A stretch of 64,000 nt of DNA, taken from NCBI GenBank assembly GCA_963665775.2, contig CAXXTF010000002.1:1107231-1171230 (forward strand), in the 5' to 3' direction. This stretch comes from Dehalococcoidia bacterium. GTDB taxonomy: Bacteria; Chloroflexota; Dehalococcoidia; SM23-28-2; RBG-16-64-32. The first letter of the stretch is position 1, and every line of letters starts with the position of its first letter. Position numbers and translations under genes: made by a program. The notes under the pieces are model-generated. The model had not been told where the DNA came from. It saw only the letters and a program-made list of their open reading frames with translations, and did no database searches. Shown piece by piece: positions 35,596 through 45,323 of this stretch.

Positions 35596-37521
35596 TTGGG
35601 CAAGAGCCTGACCCGAAAGATCATCGAAGAGCACCTGGTATCAGGCAAGATCGAGCCCGGCGAGGAGATCGCGCTCAAGATAGACCAGACCCTCACTCAG
35701 GATGCCACCGGGACCATGGCCTATCTTCAGTTCGAGGCGATGGAGATCCCGAGGGTGCGCACCAAGCTGTCCGTCTCTTACGTGGATCACAACATGCTGC
35801 AGACCGGCTTCGAGAACGCCGACGACCACCGCTTCCTGCAAACGATAGCCGCCAAGTACGGCCTGTACTTCTCACGGCCCGGGAACGGGATCTGCCACCA
35901 GGTGCACCTGGAGCGGTTCAGCTCACCCGGCGATATCCTCCTGGGCTCCGACAGCCATACACCGACATCCGGTGGTGCCGGGATGCTGGCCATAGGCGCC
36001 GGGGGGCTGGACGTGGCGGTGGCCATGGCCGGTGGCCCCTACTACCTGACGATGCCCAGGATCGTCGGCGTGCATCTGAGAGGCCGGCTGCAACCCTGGG
36101 TGGCGGCCAAGGACATCATCTTCGAGCTGCTGCGCCGTCTCAACGTCAAGGGCGGCGTGGGCAAGATCTTCGAGTATTTCGGGGAAGGCGTAGCCTCCCT
36201 CAGCACGCCGGAGCGCGGCACTATCACTAACATGGGCGCCGAGCTGGGGGCCACGACGTCGATCTTTCCCTCCGACGAGCGCACTGCCGAGTACCTCCGA
36301 GCCCAGCAGCGTGAGAGCCAGTGGAGGCCGCTGGCGGCGGACGCCGACGCCGACTACGACGAGGTCATCGAAATCGACCTCGACAAGCTGGGGCCCATGG
36401 TGGCCCGACCGCAGAGCCCGGACAACGTGGTGCCTATCGAGGAGGTGGAGGGGACGAAGCTGGCCCAGGTCTGCGTCGGCTCCTGCACCAACTCCTCCTA
36501 CTACGACCTGTCGGTGGCGGCGGCTATCCTTAAGGGCCAGAAAGTAAACCCTGGCCTCAGCCTGACGGTTACCCCCGGCTCCCGTCAGGTGTTCACCATG
36601 ATCGCCCGCGGCGGCGCCCTCACAGACCTTATCGAGGCTGGAGCGCGCATCCTGGAATCGGCCTGCGGCCCCTGCATCGGCATGGGGCAGGCACCGCCCT
36701 CGGATGGCGCTTCTCTGCGCACCTTCAATCGCAACTTCCCGGGCCGATCGGGCACGGCCAACGACCAAGTCTACCTGGCCTCGCCGGAGGTGGCCGCCGT
36801 CTCCTCACTGCAGGGACAGATCACCGACCCGCGCAAGTGGGGAGAGCCACCCTCGGTGCCGCAGCCCACGGAGTTCACCATCGATGACGACCTCATCCTG
36901 CCGCCGGCCGCGGATGGCGAATCGGTGGAGGTGCACAGGGGACCCAACATCAAACCGCTACCCATTGCCCACCCTCTGGACGAGACGATTCGGGCGCCGG
37001 TCATCATCAAGCTGGGCGACAACGTCAGCACGGATCACATTTTGCCTGCCGGCTCCAAGATCCTGCCGTTGCGCTCCAACATTCCGGCGATCTCCGAGTT
37101 CGTTTTCCACTACGTTGATCCGGAGTTTCCCCAGAAAGCGAAGGCGGCGGGAACCAGCATCATCGTGGGCGGAGCGAACTACGGGCAGGGCTCCAGCCGA
37201 GAGCATGCCGCCATCGCCCCCATGTACCTAGGGGTGAAGGCGGTGTTGGCCAAGAACTACGCCCGCATGCACCACACCAATCTGGTCAATTTCGGCATTG
37301 TCCCCCTGCTCTTCGCCCGCGAGGAGGACTACGAGCGCATCAACGTAGGGGATCAACTGGAGTTCCCCGGCATAGGCAGCACCATCGGCAGTGGAGAAAT
37401 TGCTGTGCGCAACGTCAGCCAGGGGTTCGAGATAAAGGCCCGTCATAACCTCAGCGAGCGGCAGGTGGATATCCTGTTGAAGGGCGGGCTGCTGAGCCAC
37501 GTCAAGGCCCAAGCGGGCTAG
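35596..37521 (+). CDS. acn: aconitate hydratase (about 640-aa short aconitase type)
   Basis: DQTLTQDATGTMA, Fe-S ligand contexts (DSHTPT, GSCTNSS, CGPCIGMG) and a swivel domain (GGANYGQGSSREHAA); TTG start. Confidence 0.8.
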   Translation: MGKSLTRKIIEEHLVSGKIEPGEEIALKIDQTLTQDATGTMAYLQFEAMEIPRVRTKLSVSYVDHNMLQTGFENADDHRFLQTIAAKYGLYFSRPGNGICHQVHLERFSSPGDILLGSDSHTPTSGGAGMLAIGAGGLDVAVAMAGGPYYLTMPRIVGVHLRGRLQPWVAAKDIIFELLRRLNVKGGVGKIFEYFGEGVASLSTPERGTITNMGAELGATTSIFPSDERTAEYLRAQQRESQWRPLAADADADYDEVIEIDLDKLGPMVARPQSPDNVVPIEEVEGTKLAQVCVGSCTNSSYYDLSVAAAILKGQKVNPGLSLTVTPGSRQVFTMIARGGALTDLIEAGARILESACGPCIGMGQAPPSDGASLRTFNRNFPGRSGTANDQVYLASPEVAAVSSLQGQITDPRKWGEPPSVPQPTEFTIDDDLILPPAADGESVEVHRGPNIKPLPIAHPLDETIRAPVIIKLGDNVSTDHILPAGSKILPLRSNIPAISEFVFHYVDPEFPQKAKAAGTSIIVGGANYGQGSSREHAAIAPMYLGVKAVLAKNYARMHHTNLVNFGIVPLLFAREEDYERINVGDQLEFPGIGSTIGSGEIAVRNVSQGFEIKARHNLSERQVDILLKGGLLSHVKAQAG

Positions 37522-37647
37522 TGCGCTAAGCGCAACTCCGGACCTAATCGCCGGACATCACCATGGCCGGCAGTCACGCCCCGGCGAGGGCACCACGTCC
37601 CCACAGCCCCATCTGGTCGGAGAAGGTGCCGGTCGCGATGTTCCTGG

Positions 37648-38799
37648 CTACTGACCCCGCGTCAGGGCCAGAAACTGCTCGGCCATATACGACACTGTCC
37701 TCAGTACCGAGCCGTGGCTGTCCAAGACGCTCAGCCGTTCCCACCAGGGCCTGACCTGCGACGCTATCTCCTGCCAGCTAGGCGTCTCCCTGACCGGATC
37801 GGTTCTGAACTCGCTGCCGGCCTCCGTGATCAGATTCGGCGTCGGAGATGGCGACGGCGTAGGCATCTGCGAAGGTGCTGGGGACGGAGATGGAGACGGC
37901 GGTGGCGGTGTGGGCGATGGCCTCGGTGTGGGGGACGGCGCTGACGTCGTCGGCACCGGTGTGGGCGATGGTGTCGCCGTCGGCACCGGCGTGGGCGATG
38001 GTGTCGCCATCGGCTTCGGCGTGGGCGATGGTGTCGCCGTCGGCACCGGCGTGGGCGATGGTGTCGCCGTCGGCACCGGCGTGGGCGATGGTGTCGCCGT
38101 CGGCACCGGCGTGGGCGATGGTGTCGCCGTCGGCACCGGTGTGGGCGATGGTGTCGCCGTCGGCGCCGGTGTGGGTGATGGTGTCGCCGTCGGCACCGGC
38201 GTGGGCGATGGTGTCGCCGTCGGCACCGGTGTGGGTGAGGCCGTCGGCACCGGAGATGGTGACGGCGTTGTTGCCGGGGGCAGCGGCTCGCTCTGCCCCC
38301 CGAACTCGGTCGCCCAGTACCAACCGTACTTCGTCTCCGGCCCATAGGCCCGAGCGATGCCAATCACCTTAAAGTTCGGGTTCAACAGGTTGGCGTTGTG
38401 CCCAGGCGAGTTCCTCCACAGCTCGAAGGCCGCCTGCGCGTCCGCCACCCCCGCCGCCAGGTTCTCTCCCCTCCACGTGTTGTACGTGTAGCCGAAATCG
38501 TCCATCCTCTGGAAGGGATCCCGCCCCAGCGAGTCCGTATGGCCAAAGTAGTCGTTGGCTACCATGTCCTGGCTCATCCAACGGGCGATATCGTTCAGCC
38601 GGCTATTCACTGAGAGTGGCGCCAGGCCATCCGCCGCGCGGTAATCGTTAATGATCCGCAGGAACGCCTGCTCCTCGGCGTCCAGCGCTACTGCTGAACC
38701 GGACAGCGTGACCGCCGATAGCCCGATTACGGCCACCACCAGCACGGCCAGAAGGGATGCGCGAGAGAGCGCCCGCCCAATGCTGCCCCTGAAACCCAT
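37648..38799 (-). CDS. secreted CAP/SCP (PR-1-like) domain protein with a long Pro/Thr repeat region
   Basis: Signal/TM at the N-terminus and a CAP domain ([12 protein letters not shown]...[10 protein letters not shown]...GENLAAG...SPGHNANLL). About ten [10 protein letters not shown] repeats follow. Confidence 0.7.
   Translation of the reverse strand: MGFRGSIGRALSRASLLAVLVVAVIGLSAVTLSGSAVALDAEEQAFLRIINDYRAADGLAPLSVNSRLNDIARWMSQDMVANDYFGHTDSLGRDPFQRMDDFGYTYNTWRGENLAAGVADAQAAFELWRNSPGHNANLLNPNFKVIGIARAYGPETKYGWYWATEFGGQSEPLPPATTPSPSPVPTASPTPVPTATPSPTPVPTATPSPTPAPTATPSPTPVPTATPSPTPVPTATPSPTPVPTATPSPTPVPTATPSPTPKPMATPSPTPVPTATPSPTPVPTTSAPSPTPRPSPTPPPPSPSPSPAPSQMPTPSPSPTPNLITEAGSEFRTDPVRETPSWQEIASQVRPWWERLSVLDSHGSVLRTVSYMAEQFLALTRGQ
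37951..38240. repeat. 30-bp tandem repeat, 9 full copies plus a partial copy, inside the CAP-domain gene
   Basis: The unit cggcaccggYgtgggcgatggtgtcgccgt repeats head-to-tail from 37951 with only occasional substitutions. It encodes ([10 protein letters not shown])n on the minus strand. Confidence 0.9.
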
Positions 38800-38936
38800 G
38801 TGCTATACTCCGAAACGGACCTAACCCTAGCTGGGCGCGGTTCGTCTTGGACGGGGACCTTGGTTTCCAGGCCGACATCCCCCGTCCTTTACTGTTTCTA
38901 GATAGTGAGACGGCCCGCGCGGGCCGCTGTTACGGA

Positions 38937-39653
38937 ATGAATACCCTGATCAAAGGTGCGAAACGGTTAAGATTCGATCTGGCCCCTCGGCAGGTCGAAG
39001 CCTTCCGCATCTACCAGAAGGAGCTCATCGCCCAGCGTAGCCGGGCCGGCCTCACCTCCCTCACCGATAGCGGGGCCATCCAGCACCGCCACTTCCTGGA
39101 GTCGCTAGCCCTCCTGCGCGCCCTAGAGGATGCCGGCGTTTTCGCCTCCACCGCCATCGATATCGGCGCCGGGGCCGGTTTCCCCGGCCTCCCCATGAGA
39201 ATCGTGCGCCCCGACCTAACCCTTACGCTGGTCGAAGCCACCGGCAAAAAGGCCGCCTTCCTGGAGCGTCTGATCGAGCGGCTGGGACTGACTGGCGTCA
39301 CCGTAGCCAAGGCCCGAGCCGAGGAGCTGGCACACGACGGGGCGCACCGTGCCGCCTACGAGTTGGCCCTGGCCCGCGCCGTGGCCCCTCTTCCCACCCT
39401 GGTGGAGCTGGCCCTGCCGTTCCTCCGCCTGGGCGGCTATCTGGCCACCCCGAAGGGGAGCGCCACCCCCCGCGAGGTGCCGGACGCTGCCGTCGCTCTC
39501 CAGACCTGCGGCGGCCAGGTGGAACTCCTGCGGGCTCTGGATGTCGAGGGGCCTGAACCTGCGCCTACCATGGTCCTGGTTCGGAAGATCGCGGATACAC
39601 CGGATCGCTACCCGCGGCGACCGGGCATGCCGGCCAAGCGACCCCTGCGCTAG
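38937..39653 (+). CDS. rsmG: 16S rRNA (guanine527-N7)-methyltransferase
   Basis: LTSLTD...I..RHFLESL and DIGAGAGFPGLP SAM motif. The ATG at 38937 (MNTLIKG) is preferred over the listed 38847 start. Confidence 0.8.
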   Translation: MNTLIKGAKRLRFDLAPRQVEAFRIYQKELIAQRSRAGLTSLTDSGAIQHRHFLESLALLRALEDAGVFASTAIDIGAGAGFPGLPMRIVRPDLTLTLVEATGKKAAFLERLIERLGLTGVTVAKARAEELAHDGAHRAAYELALARAVAPLPTLVELALPFLRLGGYLATPKGSATPREVPDAAVALQTCGGQVELLRALDVEGPEPAPTMVLVRKIADTPDRYPRRPGMPAKRPLR

Positions 39654-39734
39654 TGGCGGAGTGCTTGCGCCAACCGACCGGACAAGATGTAGAATAGTTC
39701 CAGCCCTCGGCGGACAGCCGCAAGGGAGAAAGTT

Positions 39735-40355
39735 ATGAAATTACAGGGAACAAATCTCCAGACGGTGGGCAGCTGGCTCGGGCGGCTCCTGAGCCTCGAC
39801 TTCAGCGTCCTCGACGAGATACGCGCCGAGCCGGCCGCCACCAGGGCCGCTGTTGGTATCGTTCTGACCGCCAGCGCTCTGGCCGGCCTCGGCTCCTGGC
39901 TCTGGGCCGTACAGAGCACTAAGCTGGACGGTGTCGACACGGCCGAAGTGTTCCTCAAGTCACTGCTTCTGGGCAGCATAATACAGACGATGGTCTGGCT
40001 TCTCTGGGTCTACCTCACGTACCAGATCCTTGCGCGAGCCTACGGCGTCCCCACCAACTTCTCGGAACTCACTCGCATCATGGGCTTCGCGTTCGCCCCT
40101 GTGGGCCTCAGCTTGCTCGTCGCCGTCAAGGGGCTCGCCATCCCCTTTGGTGTCATCGCCTTCGCTATGGCCGTCCTCATCACCAACATCGCCGTCCAAC
40201 AGACCACGAACTCTGGCGCCCGGGAGACGACGATCGCCAATCTCTCCGGCTTCGCTGTCTTCGCCATCGTCATGGGCGCTTTCGCCAACATCGCCGAGGT
40301 CGAGGCTTTCGGCGGTCTCGCTCCCGGCATCTTCTTCTTCTCACTCGATCTCTGA
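39735..40355 (+). CDS. Yip1-like integral membrane protein
   Basis: The 206-aa ORF has five hydrophobic segments. The family call is by general resemblance only. Confidence 0.35.
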   Translation: MKLQGTNLQTVGSWLGRLLSLDFSVLDEIRAEPAATRAAVGIVLTASALAGLGSWLWAVQSTKLDGVDTAEVFLKSLLLGSIIQTMVWLLWVYLTYQILARAYGVPTNFSELTRIMGFAFAPVGLSLLVAVKGLAIPFGVIAFAMAVLITNIAVQQTTNSGARETTIANLSGFAVFAIVMGAFANIAEVEAFGGLAPGIFFFSLDL

Positions 40356-40387
40356 TCCCGCTGTCCAGCCCGAAACGGGCGCCTCCC

Positions 40388-40416
40388 TTGCCTGCGAACC
40401 GCCGTTCTGCTACGAT
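40388..40416 (+). promoter_or_regulatory. candidate sigma-70-type promoter of tRNA-Ala
   Basis: TTGCCT (40388..40393), a 17-nt spacer, then TACGAT (40411..40416), ending 11 nt before the tRNA 5' end. Confidence 0.35.
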
Positions 40417-40427
40417 GCTTTCGGCTA

Positions 40428-40503
40428 GGGGCTGTAGCTCAGCTGGGAGAGCGCCTCAATGGCATTGAGGAGGTCAGGGGTTCGAGCCCCCTCAGCTCCA
40501 CCA
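40428..40503 (+). tRNA. tRNA-Ala (anticodon GGC), CCA encoded
   Basis: The cloverleaf was folded by hand. The acceptor GGGGCUG/CAGCUCC has the G3:U70 alanine identity pair, the D-loop is AGCUCAGCUGGGAGAGC, the anticodon stem-loop is CCUCA-AUGGCAU-UGAGG, and the T-arm is GGGGUUCGAGCCCC. Confidence 0.9.
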
Positions 40504-40625
40504 ACTCCGTTTCTAACGACACAATGGCTACCGAAGGGAATGGCACAGGGCCCTCCGTCCCTGGACGCGGGGCCTTTAGGTTATCATAGACATTGGCTAA
40601 CAGCTTCTTTCGGGGGTAAATCAAG

Positions 40626-40979
40626 ATGCCAGAAGGACAATCGCATAAGAGAGCCAAATCAGAGGCCGCGGGCAAGAGCGGCCGCACCGAGGTCAAGATC
40701 AGCGGCGGACAACGATTGGATGCCATGACCAAGAATCGAGCTGTAGAGGTGGAGACCAGCGGTGCTTCAGCCAGATTAACGCAAGCCGCCCGAAGGCTAC
40801 AAGCAAGCGGAAAATTTCAACGCGTTCTAGTGGTTCCACAGAGAGATTTCCCTAAGGCCCGTCAAGCCATGCGGGGGGCCAAGGTTTCCGGTACGGTTAG
40901 AAACCTCACAGGGACAAGATCGAGTCATGTCCGTCCGTCCAAGGGACCCACAAGGACCTCGTCGTCTCGCAAGAAATGA
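40626..40979 (+). CDS. hypothetical small basic protein (117 aa), upstream partner of the PIN-like gene
   Basis: SD-like GGGGGT lies 7 nt upstream and the stop overlaps the next start (ATGA). The segment RLDAMTKNRAVEVETSG loosely resembles a PD-(D/E)xK core, which is weak evidence. The tail is Lys/Arg/Ser-rich. Confidence 0.4.
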   Translation: MPEGQSHKRAKSEAAGKSGRTEVKISGGQRLDAMTKNRAVEVETSGASARLTQAARRLQASGKFQRVLVVPQRDFPKARQAMRGAKVSGTVRNLTGTRSSHVRPSKGPTRTSSSRKK

Positions 40980-41560
40980 TGCCGACGCTGGAGGAATTCG
41001 TCAAGGAAGAAATCCAGGAGCACGGATTGCGCCTCTACTTCGACACTAGCGTAATCCTGGATCTCTTAAGGCCAAATCGGCGACCACAGTCCCAAGAACT
41101 CCTTGATCTCACGATGGCAAATGATTCGGAGTGTACGAGTTCTTATTTCGCGTTGATGGAGGCCCTCGATATCGAGCAAGAGAATATGTGGTTCCGAAAC
41201 AAGATACGTGCGGGGGAGGATGTAGCTAGTCTTCTCCGTCGCCGCCAGAAGCGGGACCCCCTCAGCCCTCAAGCGTCAGGAAGATTGTTTAACCAGATGT
41301 ATGGAAGGTTTGTTAAAGAAAAACAGGACTTCATCTCTTGGGTCATCCTTGATGAAGAGGCATGGGATGAAGCCCTCAGGCTGGCAATGACGAGCAACAT
41401 CAGGGCTCCTGATTGTATCCATGTCGCGGCGGCAGTCACTATGAATTGCAACATGATGATCACCTCGGACGAAATACTGCGAGACCTAGCAAATCAGCAT
41501 GTCCATACCGCCAACCCGATCCAGATGACCGCGCTGCTAAATCGGATATCTGGTAGCTAG
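40976..41560 (+). CDS. PIN-domain-like nuclease (oversized, 194 aa)
   Basis: Acidic residues fall in PIN-like contexts: YFDTSVILD, ALMEALD, APDCIHVAAAV and MITSDE. An insert of about 80 aa sits between the second and third. The gene is AT-rich relative to its surroundings. Confidence 0.45.
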   Translation: MMPTLEEFVKEEIQEHGLRLYFDTSVILDLLRPNRRPQSQELLDLTMANDSECTSSYFALMEALDIEQENMWFRNKIRAGEDVASLLRRRQKRDPLSPQASGRLFNQMYGRFVKEKQDFISWVILDEEAWDEALRLAMTSNIRAPDCIHVAAAVTMNCNMMITSDEILRDLANQHVHTANPIQMTALLNRISGS

Positions 41561-41671
41561 CTAGTCCGGAGGCGAGGAGCGCCGCTACATCGAGGGCAGT
41601 ACTGGCCTCATCCCGGATATAATCTAAGCCAGGCAAGCCAGTGACCAGTTAGGCCCGACCCGGAGTACGAC

Positions 41672-44122
41672 ATGAGTGACCGCTACAACCCACAGGCCAT
41701 CGAAAGCAAGTGGCAGGGGCGGTGGGAGGCGGACGGCCTCTACCGGACAGACCTGGGCGATGCCAGCTCCAAGTTCTACTACCTCACTATGCTCCCGTAC
41801 ACCTCGGGCGATCTCCACATTGGCCACTGGTATAGCTACATCGGCCCCGACATCCAGGCCCGCTACCGCCGCATGCAGGGCCAGAACGTCTTCTTCCCCA
41901 TAGGCTTCGACGCCTTCGGCCTGCCGGCGGAGAACGCCGCCATCAGGCAGGGCATCCATCCCCACAAGTGGACCTACGACAACATCGACCGCATGCGGGG
42001 ACAGTTCCGTTCCATGGGCGCCATGTTCGACTGGTCGAAAGAGGCCATCACCTCTGACCCGGAGTACTACCGTTGGAACCAGTGGTTCTTCCTGAAGCTG
42101 TTCGAAAAGGGGCTGGCCTACCGCGCCCTGGCTCCCACCAACTGGTGCCCCTCCTGCCAGACCGTCCTCGCCAACGAGCAGGTCCTGGCCGACGGCACCT
42201 GCGAGCGCTGCCACACCGCCGTCACCCATCGCGATCTGGAGCAGTGGTTCCTCCGGATCACGAATTACGCCGACGAGCTCCTCGACTTCTCCGGCCTGCA
42301 GTGGCCGGAGAGGGTCATCACTATGCAGAGGAACTGGATCGGCCGCTCCGAGGGCGTGGAGATCACCTTCGGCCTCGACATACCCGGCGTCGACCAGAAG
42401 GAGCTTCGGGTCTTCACCACCCGCCCCGACACGGTATTCGGCGTCACCTTCATGGTCCTCGCCCCGGAACACCCCCTGGTCCCCCTCATCACCACGCCCG
42501 ACCGTCGCGCCGAGGTCGAAGCCTACGTCGAGCAGGCCCGCCGTCAGACAGAGATCGAGCGCCTCAGCACCGAACACGAGAAGACCGGCGTCTTCACCGG
42601 CGCCTACTGCCACAACCCCCTCTCCGACGAGGACGTACCCATCTGGATCGCCGACTACGCCCTCCTCTGGTACGGCACCGGCGCCGTCATGGGCGTCCCC
42701 GCCCACGACCAGCGCGACTTCGAGTTCGCTGAGAGATACGGCTTCCCCGTTCGCGTCGTCATCGCCCCAGCCGATTGGGACCGCGAACCCCTGGACGCCG
42801 CCTACCTGGAGTCCGGGGTGATGGTCAACTCCGCCCAGTTCAACGGCTTCCCCAGCGCGGAGGGCAAGGACGCCGTGGCTGATTATGTCGAGTCTAAGGG
42901 CTCGGGCCGCCGCACCGTCTCCTACCGACTCCGCGACTGGTTGATCTCCCGCCAGCGCTACTGGGGCACCCCCATCCCCATCGTTCACTGCCCCACCTGC
43001 GGCGCCGTTCCCGTACCGGAGGAGCAGCTACCCGTCATCCTGCCTCAAGACGCCGAGTTCAAGCCTACCGGCGAGTCCCCCCTGGCCCGCCACGAGGGCT
43101 TCGTCAACACCCCCTGCCCTCGCTGCCAAGAACCCGCCCGCCGTGAGAGCGACACCATGGACACCTTCATGGACTCCAACTGGTACTTCATCCGCTACCT
43201 GAGCCCCCAGTACGACCAGGGCCCTGTAGACCCCGATCTCGCCCAGACCTGGCTCCCCGTGGACCAGTACACAGGCGGCACCGAGCACGCCGTCATGCAC
43301 CTGCTGTACGCCCGCTTCTTCTGGAAGGTCATCCGGGACTTGGGCGTCACCCTGGGGAGCGAACCGTTCATCCGCCTCTTCAACCAGGGCCAGATCCTGG
43401 GCCCCGACGGGCAACGCATGTCCAAGTCCCGCGGGAACGTCATCGCTCCCGACGAGCAGGTGGCCCGCCACGGTGCTGACACCTTCCGCTGCTACCTCAT
43501 GTTCATCGGCCCCTGGGACGAAGGCGGCCCCTTCGGCCTTGAGGGGATCGCCGGCATCTGGCGCTGGCTGAACCGCGCCTGGAGCCTGATCCTCAGCGAA
43601 CCGAACTTCGGGGCCGCCGAACCGGCCACCACCCGAAACCTGCGGCGCCTTACCCATCAGACCATCCGCAAAGCCACCGAATGCCTGGAGGGCTTCCACT
43701 TCAACACACTCATCGCCGCCCTCATGGAGATGACCAACGGCCTCATCCGCGCTCGCGAGGCCGGCCCCGTCGATCGCGCCGCCTGGGACGAGGCGACCGG
43801 CGGCCTGCTCCTGATGTTGGCACCTCTGGCCCCTCACATCGCCGAGGAGCTGTGGGCCCGCACCGGCCGTCCCTACAGCGTCCACCAGCAGGCCTGGCCC
43901 AGCTGGGACGCAGACCTGGCCCGCGAGGACGAGGTCACCCTGGTCGTTCAGGTGAACGGCAAGCTGCGCGATCGCATCCAGGTCGGCGCCGATATCGACG
44001 AGGCCCGGGCCAAGGAGTTGGCTCTGGCCAGCCCCCAGGTGCGAAAACACATCGATAACCAGGCGGTACAGCGGGTTATCTACGTCCCCGGCAAGCTGGT
44101 GAACGTAGTAGTAGTACGATAG
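41672..44122 (+). CDS. leuS: leucine--tRNA ligase
   Basis: YNPQAIE.KWQ..W, HIGH variant (SGDLHIGH), KMSKS (RMSKSRGN); 816 aa. Confidence 0.95.
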   Translation: MSDRYNPQAIESKWQGRWEADGLYRTDLGDASSKFYYLTMLPYTSGDLHIGHWYSYIGPDIQARYRRMQGQNVFFPIGFDAFGLPAENAAIRQGIHPHKWTYDNIDRMRGQFRSMGAMFDWSKEAITSDPEYYRWNQWFFLKLFEKGLAYRALAPTNWCPSCQTVLANEQVLADGTCERCHTAVTHRDLEQWFLRITNYADELLDFSGLQWPERVITMQRNWIGRSEGVEITFGLDIPGVDQKELRVFTTRPDTVFGVTFMVLAPEHPLVPLITTPDRRAEVEAYVEQARRQTEIERLSTEHEKTGVFTGAYCHNPLSDEDVPIWIADYALLWYGTGAVMGVPAHDQRDFEFAERYGFPVRVVIAPADWDREPLDAAYLESGVMVNSAQFNGFPSAEGKDAVADYVESKGSGRRTVSYRLRDWLISRQRYWGTPIPIVHCPTCGAVPVPEEQLPVILPQDAEFKPTGESPLARHEGFVNTPCPRCQEPARRESDTMDTFMDSNWYFIRYLSPQYDQGPVDPDLAQTWLPVDQYTGGTEHAVMHLLYARFFWKVIRDLGVTLGSEPFIRLFNQGQILGPDGQRMSKSRGNVIAPDEQVARHGADTFRCYLMFIGPWDEGGPFGLEGIAGIWRWLNRAWSLILSEPNFGAAEPATTRNLRRLTHQTIRKATECLEGFHFNTLIAALMEMTNGLIRAREAGPVDRAAWDEATGGLLLMLAPLAPHIAEELWARTGRPYSVHQQAWPSWDADLAREDEVTLVVQVNGKLRDRIQVGADIDEARAKELALASPQVRKHIDNQAVQRVIYVPGKLVNVVVVR

Positions 44123-44154
44123 GGGATGCCAGCAGCCGCCGCAGCCGGCGGTGA

Positions 44155-44685
44155 ATGCTGAACGTAGCCGAACTTTCTGAGATAATCGATTCGCCAATGC
44201 CAACGACCTCCGCTTCTCGAGTCATCGCCGCGCCCCAGCAGGAGATCTGGGCCACGCTAGCGGACGTCACCAACGCCAGCCGCTGGAACAGCGCCTGGAG
44301 CCAGATCGAGTTCACTTCCAGCCAGCAGGAGGGTGCCGGCACGAGCTTCCGCGCCCACGCCGACGGCCGCCCCTTCGAGTTCGAGATAACCCACTGGACT
44401 CCCCCCGAGCACATCGCCTTCGCACCGATCCGCCGGGACGACTCAGAGCGTTACGCTATACACCTGGAATCCCAGGCCTTTCGCCTGCAGCCGGCCGACG
44501 ATCACCACACCAACGTAGAGATCATCGCCACCGCTTCCCTGCACGGTATCCGCGGCCGTCTAATCGGCTACTTCCTCTGGCGAGGCTACCAGAAGCCAGG
44601 CCTGTACAGTGCCCTGGACGCCCTACAGGCCATCTTCGAGCCGCCGGAGGAAGATGACATCTCGGAGCCTGAGGAGACACCATAG
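44155..44685 (+). CDS. SRPBCC (START/polyketide cyclase-like) family protein
   Basis: The 176-aa ORF reads ...RVIAAPQQEIWATLADVTNASRWN..., typical of the SRPBCC N-terminal strand-helix. The call is by resemblance only. Confidence 0.45.
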   Translation: MLNVAELSEIIDSPMPTTSASRVIAAPQQEIWATLADVTNASRWNSAWSQIEFTSSQQEGAGTSFRAHADGRPFEFEITHWTPPEHIAFAPIRRDDSERYAIHLESQAFRLQPADDHHTNVEIIATASLHGIRGRLIGYFLWRGYQKPGLYSALDALQAIFEPPEEDDISEPEETP

Positions 44686-44831
44686 TACTCGCCGGACTGA
44701 TGGCAGTAGGGGCTCCCTGGGTCTGACTCCCGCTTCCCTGCACTCGACCCGCACTTCACTGTCCCTGAGCCCCTCGCCACGAGCGCGATCGCCCTGGCCC
44801 TCACCTGGCCACGCCGGCCGGGGTCCGGAAC

Positions 44832-45323
44832 CTAGCCCGAGTGGTCCACGGCCCGCCGCTCCAGCGTCTCGCTCCCCCGTTGCACCATCGCCAGGAACCC
44901 TTCCAGCTCCTCCTGCAACCGCTTCAACGTCTGGAGCGCGTAGACATCCGCCTCCCTCATCTGTGCCCGGCTCACCTCCTGGGCATCATCCAGGCGCGCC
45001 GCGGCCTGCTCCTCCGCAGCCTTCACGACCTCAGTCTCCGTCAGTCGCGCCTCCACCTCAGCCTGCGCCTGGGCCAGCAACCGGCCGGCCTCCTCCTGGG
45101 CCGCCAGCAACACCTCATCCCGCCTTTCCAACATCTCCCGGGCGTCATACACTTCCTTGGGCACCGCCACCCGCATCCTGTCCACGAGGTCAAGCAGCCG
45201 CTGACGTGACATCACCGCGCCCCCGCCTACAGGCAGCCGTCTGGCATCTCCAGCCATCTGCTCCAGGCGGTCGATCAGATCTAGTATGTCCAAACGTGGA
45301 GTCCCTCTACCTCGTCCCGCCAA
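44832..45323 (-). CDS. hypothetical coiled-coil protein (often annotated ATP synthase B-like) downstream of coaD
   Basis: LDILDLIDRLEQM... followed by long Ala/Glu/Gln heptad-like stretches. The ATG at 45323 overlaps coaD by 17 nt. The in-frame TTG at 45293 is an alternative start. Confidence 0.45.
   Translation of the reverse strand: MAGRGRGTPRLDILDLIDRLEQMAGDARRLPVGGGAVMSRQRLLDLVDRMRVAVPKEVYDAREMLERRDEVLLAAQEEAGRLLAQAQAEVEARLTETEVVKAAEEQAAARLDDAQEVSRAQMREADVYALQTLKRLQEELEGFLAMVQRGSETLERRAVDHSG

Noticed and set aside
37951-38240. Regular 30-bp repeats considered as a CRISPR array
   Set aside because: The units are contiguous with no spacers. They lie inside a coding region, in frame as a Pro/Thr linker, and no cas genes are present.
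40428-41672. Integrated mobile element at tRNA-Ala (integrase, att direct repeat)
   Set aside because: There is no integrase or recombinase ORF. I could find no copy of the tRNA 3' segment (GGTTCGAGCCCCCTCAGCTCCACCA) downstream. Only the compositional islet is reported, not a defined mobile element.
41624-42988. 454-aa ORF on the minus strand, opposite leuS
   Set aside because: It is antisense to an unmistakable leuS. Its translation is Gly/Ala/Val/Asp-rich low-complexity sequence, typical of stop-poor antisense frames in high-GC DNA. It has no start context and no motifs.
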